IMG/VR virus record: IMGVR_UViG_3300009155_000060
Strand: one strand, 5' to 3'
Source: an uncultured virus (IMG/VR IMGVR_UViG_3300009155_000060)
Lineage: Duplodnaviria > Heunggongvirae > Uroviricota > Caudoviricetes
DNA length: 20,000 bases
The position numbers were made by a program, and so were the translations under genes. Positions 17,619 to 20,000 of this stretch are shown here, piece after piece (positions within the stretch are counted from its first letter, which is position 1; the number at the start of each line of letters is the position of its first letter). The notes beneath the pieces are model-generated. The model did no database searches and had not been told where the DNA came from. It was given only the letters and a program-made list of their open reading frames with translations.

Positions 17619-17801
17619 ATTTACTAGTTTTGCTTCTTTTAGGGAGATCGCCTACCCTGTTGTCCACTCATCTACTGATCCGTCAATCGATACCATGGCG
17701 GTCCCCCTGATTTGGAACCGAAGGGAGTCGAACCCTTGTCTTGCCCGTCTTTGGACTTGCTTCTTTCCCCGCTCACGCAAGGCATTTACAACAATATCAA
17801 C

Positions 17802-17830
17802 AGTGTATATTTATAGAACCATTCTGTCAA
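17802..17830 (-). promoter_or_regulatory. tmRNA promoter: TTGACA-17-TACACT with nested TATAAATA late box
   Basis: -35 at 17825-17830, -10 at 17802-17807, TATAAATA at 17808-17815. Confidence 0.8.
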
Positions 17831-17918
17831 GATCTGTGAGGCCCAAAAGGCTGCGAAGCAGAAAAGCGGTGCAGCAGATTTTAGGCCCAATAAACCACAG
17901 CTATAATATCAAATGGCA

Positions 17919-17948
17919 TTGACTACAGTGGCGTAAATATGCTAGTAT
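17919..17948 (+). promoter_or_regulatory. Possible sigma70 promoter TTGACT-18-TAGTAT with nested TAAATA
   Basis: TTGACT 17919-17924, TAAATA 17934-17939, TAGTAT 17943-17948. Confidence 0.45.
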
Positions 17949-18024
17949 ACAGCAGCATAGCATAATAAACTAATAATCCCACAACACCATACACTAGCGA
18001 TGACAACGGAATGAGTATAATAGA

Positions 18025-18318
18025 ATGAGCACCATCTTTTGTTCGGCCTGTAGACAACAGGTACACACGTTTGCCACACGCTGTCCCCACTGTACCACAC
18101 AGTTGGATGGATGGACCGGCAGCATAGCTAGACCACCACAGCAGTATCAGCCCTATGTGCCTCCGCCGCCAAAAACGCCAGAGCAGATAGCCGCAGAAAA
18201 TGAATTTGAAGGCAAAATTGTAGGCCTACTGGTAGTAGGTGGCATGCTGTGGTTAGTGTACAAGGCAGTGATGTGGCTGTGGGACTGCTGGTTGCAATTC
18301 TGGCACTGGCTGTTTTAG
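18025..18318 (+). CDS. Zn-ribbon membrane protein
   Basis: CSAC-x10-CPHC, Pro/Gln linker, C-terminal hydrophobic Trp-rich helix. Confidence 0.75.
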   Translation: MSTIFCSACRQQVHTFATRCPHCTTQLDGWTGSIARPPQQYQPYVPPPPKTPEQIAAENEFEGKIVGLLVVGGMLWLVYKAVMWLWDCWLQFWHWLF

Positions 18319-18381
18319 CACAACAGCAGCATAAGAACAGCAAAATGTTAAATATCTGTTGCTATAGTGCAGAGAACAACA

Positions 18382-18654
18382 ATGATGCTGTGGGATCACT
18401 ATCCTCAATTGCCCTACCGGGCCCAGGTACCTTGGCCCAAAATCTATACTAGAGGCAATCTAGACTGGGTGGCCAGCGTGGACATGGTCGAGCGTTGGTT
18501 AGATCACAGCGTGGGCAGACACTGGTGCGAATGGTGTTGGAACATGTGGGCACTGAATCAAAGCAGTGTATGCGGTGTCAGCTTTCGATGGGAAAAATCA
18601 GTGACACTGTTTCTGCTGCGATTTGGCTCAGGCATAGAACAAGATCTAGAGTGA
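18382..18654 (+). CDS. Small Trp-rich hypothetical phage protein
   Basis: ~90 aa ending F..EKSVTLFLLRFG; TAAATA at 18349-18354 upstream. Confidence 0.7.
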   Translation: MMLWDHYPQLPYRAQVPWPKIYTRGNLDWVASVDMVERWLDHSVGRHWCEWCWNMWALNQSSVCGVSFRWEKSVTLFLLRFGSGIEQDLE

Positions 18655-18669
18655 CACAGACTAGTGAGA

Positions 18670-18779
18670 CCTATAGTGCAGGGCAAAAAATCTGCTGCGT
18701 AAAATTTTTTGAGGTGTGGCTGCTGAGGGGCCTATAGCTGTAGGGCAAAAATCTGCTGTGCAAAATTTTTAAGGTATGG
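18670..18779. repeat. Imperfect ~50-bp direct repeat, two copies, 61-bp period
   Basis: CCTATAGTGCAGGGCAAAAAATCTGCTGCGTAAAATTTTTTGAGGTGTGG (18670-18719) vs CCTATAGCTGTAGGGCAAAAATCTGCTGTGCAAAATTTTTAAGGTATGG (18731-18779). Confidence 0.85.
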
Positions 18780-18787
18780 AGATCTTG

Positions 18788-18821
18788 GGTGTTGGTGATC
18801 TAGTCTAACACCAACTTTTTT
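18788..18821 (+). terminator. Possible terminator hairpin
   Basis: GGTGTTGG/CTAACACC stem, then AAC and T6. Confidence 0.4.
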
Positions 18822-18878
18822 GCAAGCGGTTTGTTGCGTGTGTGCAACAGTTTTAGATTTACTACCCCACCACCCCCC

Positions 18879-19229
18879 TCAGTCGCCACGCACATCGGTG
18901 TTGAGTGCGGGCTTGAGCTGGCGACGAATCTCTACTTCACGCTTGTGGGCAGCGGCTTTGCCACGCACGATCTCATGCACACGAATCTCAATCTCACTCT
19001 TGTCATTGAGCTGCCGCAGTGCTTGACAAAGTGTCCAATCCTTCTGCTCTTTCTTTGCACGATAGAAGTGTTTGGCAGCACGGCTCTTAACGGACTTGAG
19101 CACTGTTGACTCTGTCTTAGCAGTGACTCCAATGTAGTTGAGTCCATTTACGATCAGCTCGTAGATGATATGGTTACGATCGCTACGCTTCTTGCGAGCG
19201 GCTACTGGGGTAGTGTTTGCTGTGTCCAT
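18879..19229 (-). CDS. GIY-YIG-like nuclease domain protein
   Basis: HIIY-x8-YIGVT, R..KH, conserved E (KREVE) and LN; start ATG 19229. Confidence 0.7.
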   Translation of the reverse strand: MDTANTTPVAARKKRSDRNHIIYELIVNGLNYIGVTAKTESTVLKSVKSRAAKHFYRAKKEQKDWTLCQALRQLNDKSEIEIRVHEIVRGKAAAHKREVEIRRQLKPALNTDVRGD

Positions 19230-19235
19230 GTGTGT

Positions 19236-19264
19236 ATAATACAGCAGGGACTGGTCTGCGTCAA
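19236..19264 (-). promoter_or_regulatory. Sigma70 promoter TTGACG-17-TATTAT
   Basis: -35 at 19259-19264, -10 at 19236-19241, ATG 6 nt downstream. Confidence 0.75.
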
Positions 19265-19313
19265 CTGGAGTGCCGGGCTGTGGCATATGTGCAACACCGG
19301 CACCACAATGCCC

Positions 19314-19550
19314 TTAGCCTTCTTCTTTGGTCTCTGGGGGCAAGCCCTTACGCAGTCGTTCCATCTGTTGATGCAGGTAGTCTACGGTGGCCGACCACTC
19401 TTCTTCTTCACGCACCTTGGTCAGTGTCTCCACAGCCCACATCAGGGCGATCAGTACGGGGCCCTGCCAGGCCCAGTCCATTTCGCTGTTGAGGCTACTG
19501 CAGACTAGGGCCGCTAGCCCGTAGCATAGGGCCCTAGCCGCACCCATCAT
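19314..19550 (-). CDS. Small membrane protein
   Basis: 78 aa, two hydrophobic segments then a charged tail; ATGA overlap with the upstream ATPase stop. Confidence 0.6.
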   Translation of the reverse strand: MMGAARALCYGLAALVCSSLNSEMDWAWQGPVLIALMWAVETLTKVREEEEWSATVDYLHQQMERLRKGLPPETKEEG

Positions 19551-20000
19551 GCCCTCCGCATACAGGTAGTCCGGGCCATGGCCTGCCAGTTGGTTGGAAA
19601 GCCTCCACGCAGATCTGCAATCTTCAGTACCATACGCAGACTCAGCTCACGCAGGCGATCAGCATTGGTAGTAATAAAGTCAACGATCTCGTCCTTAGCA
19701 ATGTCGCTAAGGTTGTCACGATCGTCCAGCATACCACCTTTGACAATCTGCCGGATACGCAGTAGCTTCTCACGTGTGGTGTCCATTTGAAGATCGATGT
19801 AGTGGCAACGGCTTTCCAATGCATCCAGGTGATCACGCAGTTTCTTTGACTTGATGTGCTCGAACTTGATGTTGGTAATAAAGATGGCACTACCGCAGAA
19901 CTCAAAGCGGTTTGGAATGCCTTCTGACCTAAGGATGCGGCTGTCGGTGTTCCAGCTGATGAATCGACGGCGACTTGAGTCTAAGGCACCTTTAAGGATG
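19547..20000 (-). CDS. AAA+ ATPase, C-terminal part (5' end outside the window)
   Basis: Frame is open to the window edge: ILKGALD...FEFCGSAIFITN...DALESRC (sensor-1 and Arg finger)...LSLR. Confidence 0.8.
   Translation of the reverse strand, partial: ILKGALDSSRRRFISWNTDSRILRSEGIPNRFEFCGSAIFITNIKFEHIKSKKLRDHLDALESRCHYIDLQMDTTREKLLRIRQIVKGGMLDDRDNLSDIAKDEIVDFITTNADRLRELSLRMVLKIADLRGGFPTNWQAMARTTCMRRA

Larger units (their letters stand above)
17462..17795 (-). ncRNA. ssrA: Circularly permuted (two-piece) tmRNA
   Basis: Minus strand: GAC-AAGGG-TTCGACT-CCCTT (T-arm)-CGGTTCC-A (3' acceptor strand, discriminator at 17713), 7-nt spacer AATCAGG, then GGGACCG (5' acceptor strand starting 17705; G3:U70), GG..TCGA D-loop, PK1-like segment, tag frame ending GCC AAC GAT GAG CAG TTT GCT CTA GCT GCC TAA (ANDEQFALAA*), hairpins, terminator. 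Confidence 0.93.

Noticed and set aside
17699..17745. Stand-alone tRNA gene suggested by GGTTCGACTCC
   Set aside because: No D-arm or anticodon arm upstream; the 5' acceptor strand lies downstream, which fits a permuted tmRNA instead.
17566..17922. 118-aa plus-strand ORF
   Set aside because: Antisense to the tmRNA and its promoter, no protein-like features; shadow ORF.
18670..18779. CRISPR mini-array
   Set aside because: Only two degenerate ~50-bp units with an 11-nt gap; no spacer-length unique sequence and no cas genes.
18820..19905. Multiple overlapping short ORFs (18820, 18831, 18932, 19170, 19217, 19578, 19642)
   Set aside because: Alternate-frame or antisense shadows of the GIY-YIG, membrane-protein and ATPase genes.
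1..20000. Stop-codon reassignment as seen in some jumbo phages
   Set aside because: Core genes are full length in code 11, and TAA, TGA and TAG all occur as apparent stops.

Overview
Fragment of a large T4-related (jumbo-type) dsDNA phage genome in the standard genetic code. Positions 1-15 kb hold a compact plus-strand replication/recombination module: gp32-like SSB, UvsX/RecA, UvsY, UvsW helicase, a probable clamp-loader small subunit, primase and a DnaB/gp41-like helicase. Inserted in it are a cupin + HldC-like nucleotidyltransferase + HldA-like PfkB kinase sugar-nucleotide cassette and a 191-aa miniature DnaE (C-family polymerase) fragment that starts exactly at the catalytic DIDxDF motif. 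The right 5 kb is a more GC-rich accessory region with YqgE/AlgH, a Pol-beta-type nucleotidyltransferase, a HAD nucleotidase, a small secreted Ala/Pro/Lys protein, a GIY-YIG protein and an AAA ATPase. The most striking element is invisible in the ORF track: a circularly permuted (two-piece) tmRNA gene on the minus strand (~17462-17795). It has an Ala-type G3:U70 acceptor stem, a 7-nt intervening segment, no encoded CCA, its own sigma70 + late promoter and terminator, and a probable 26-aa extended tag ending in ANDEQFALAA. Several genes appear leaderless, and two promoters are embedded in terminator hairpins. All family calls come from motif recognition by eye; no database searches were run.
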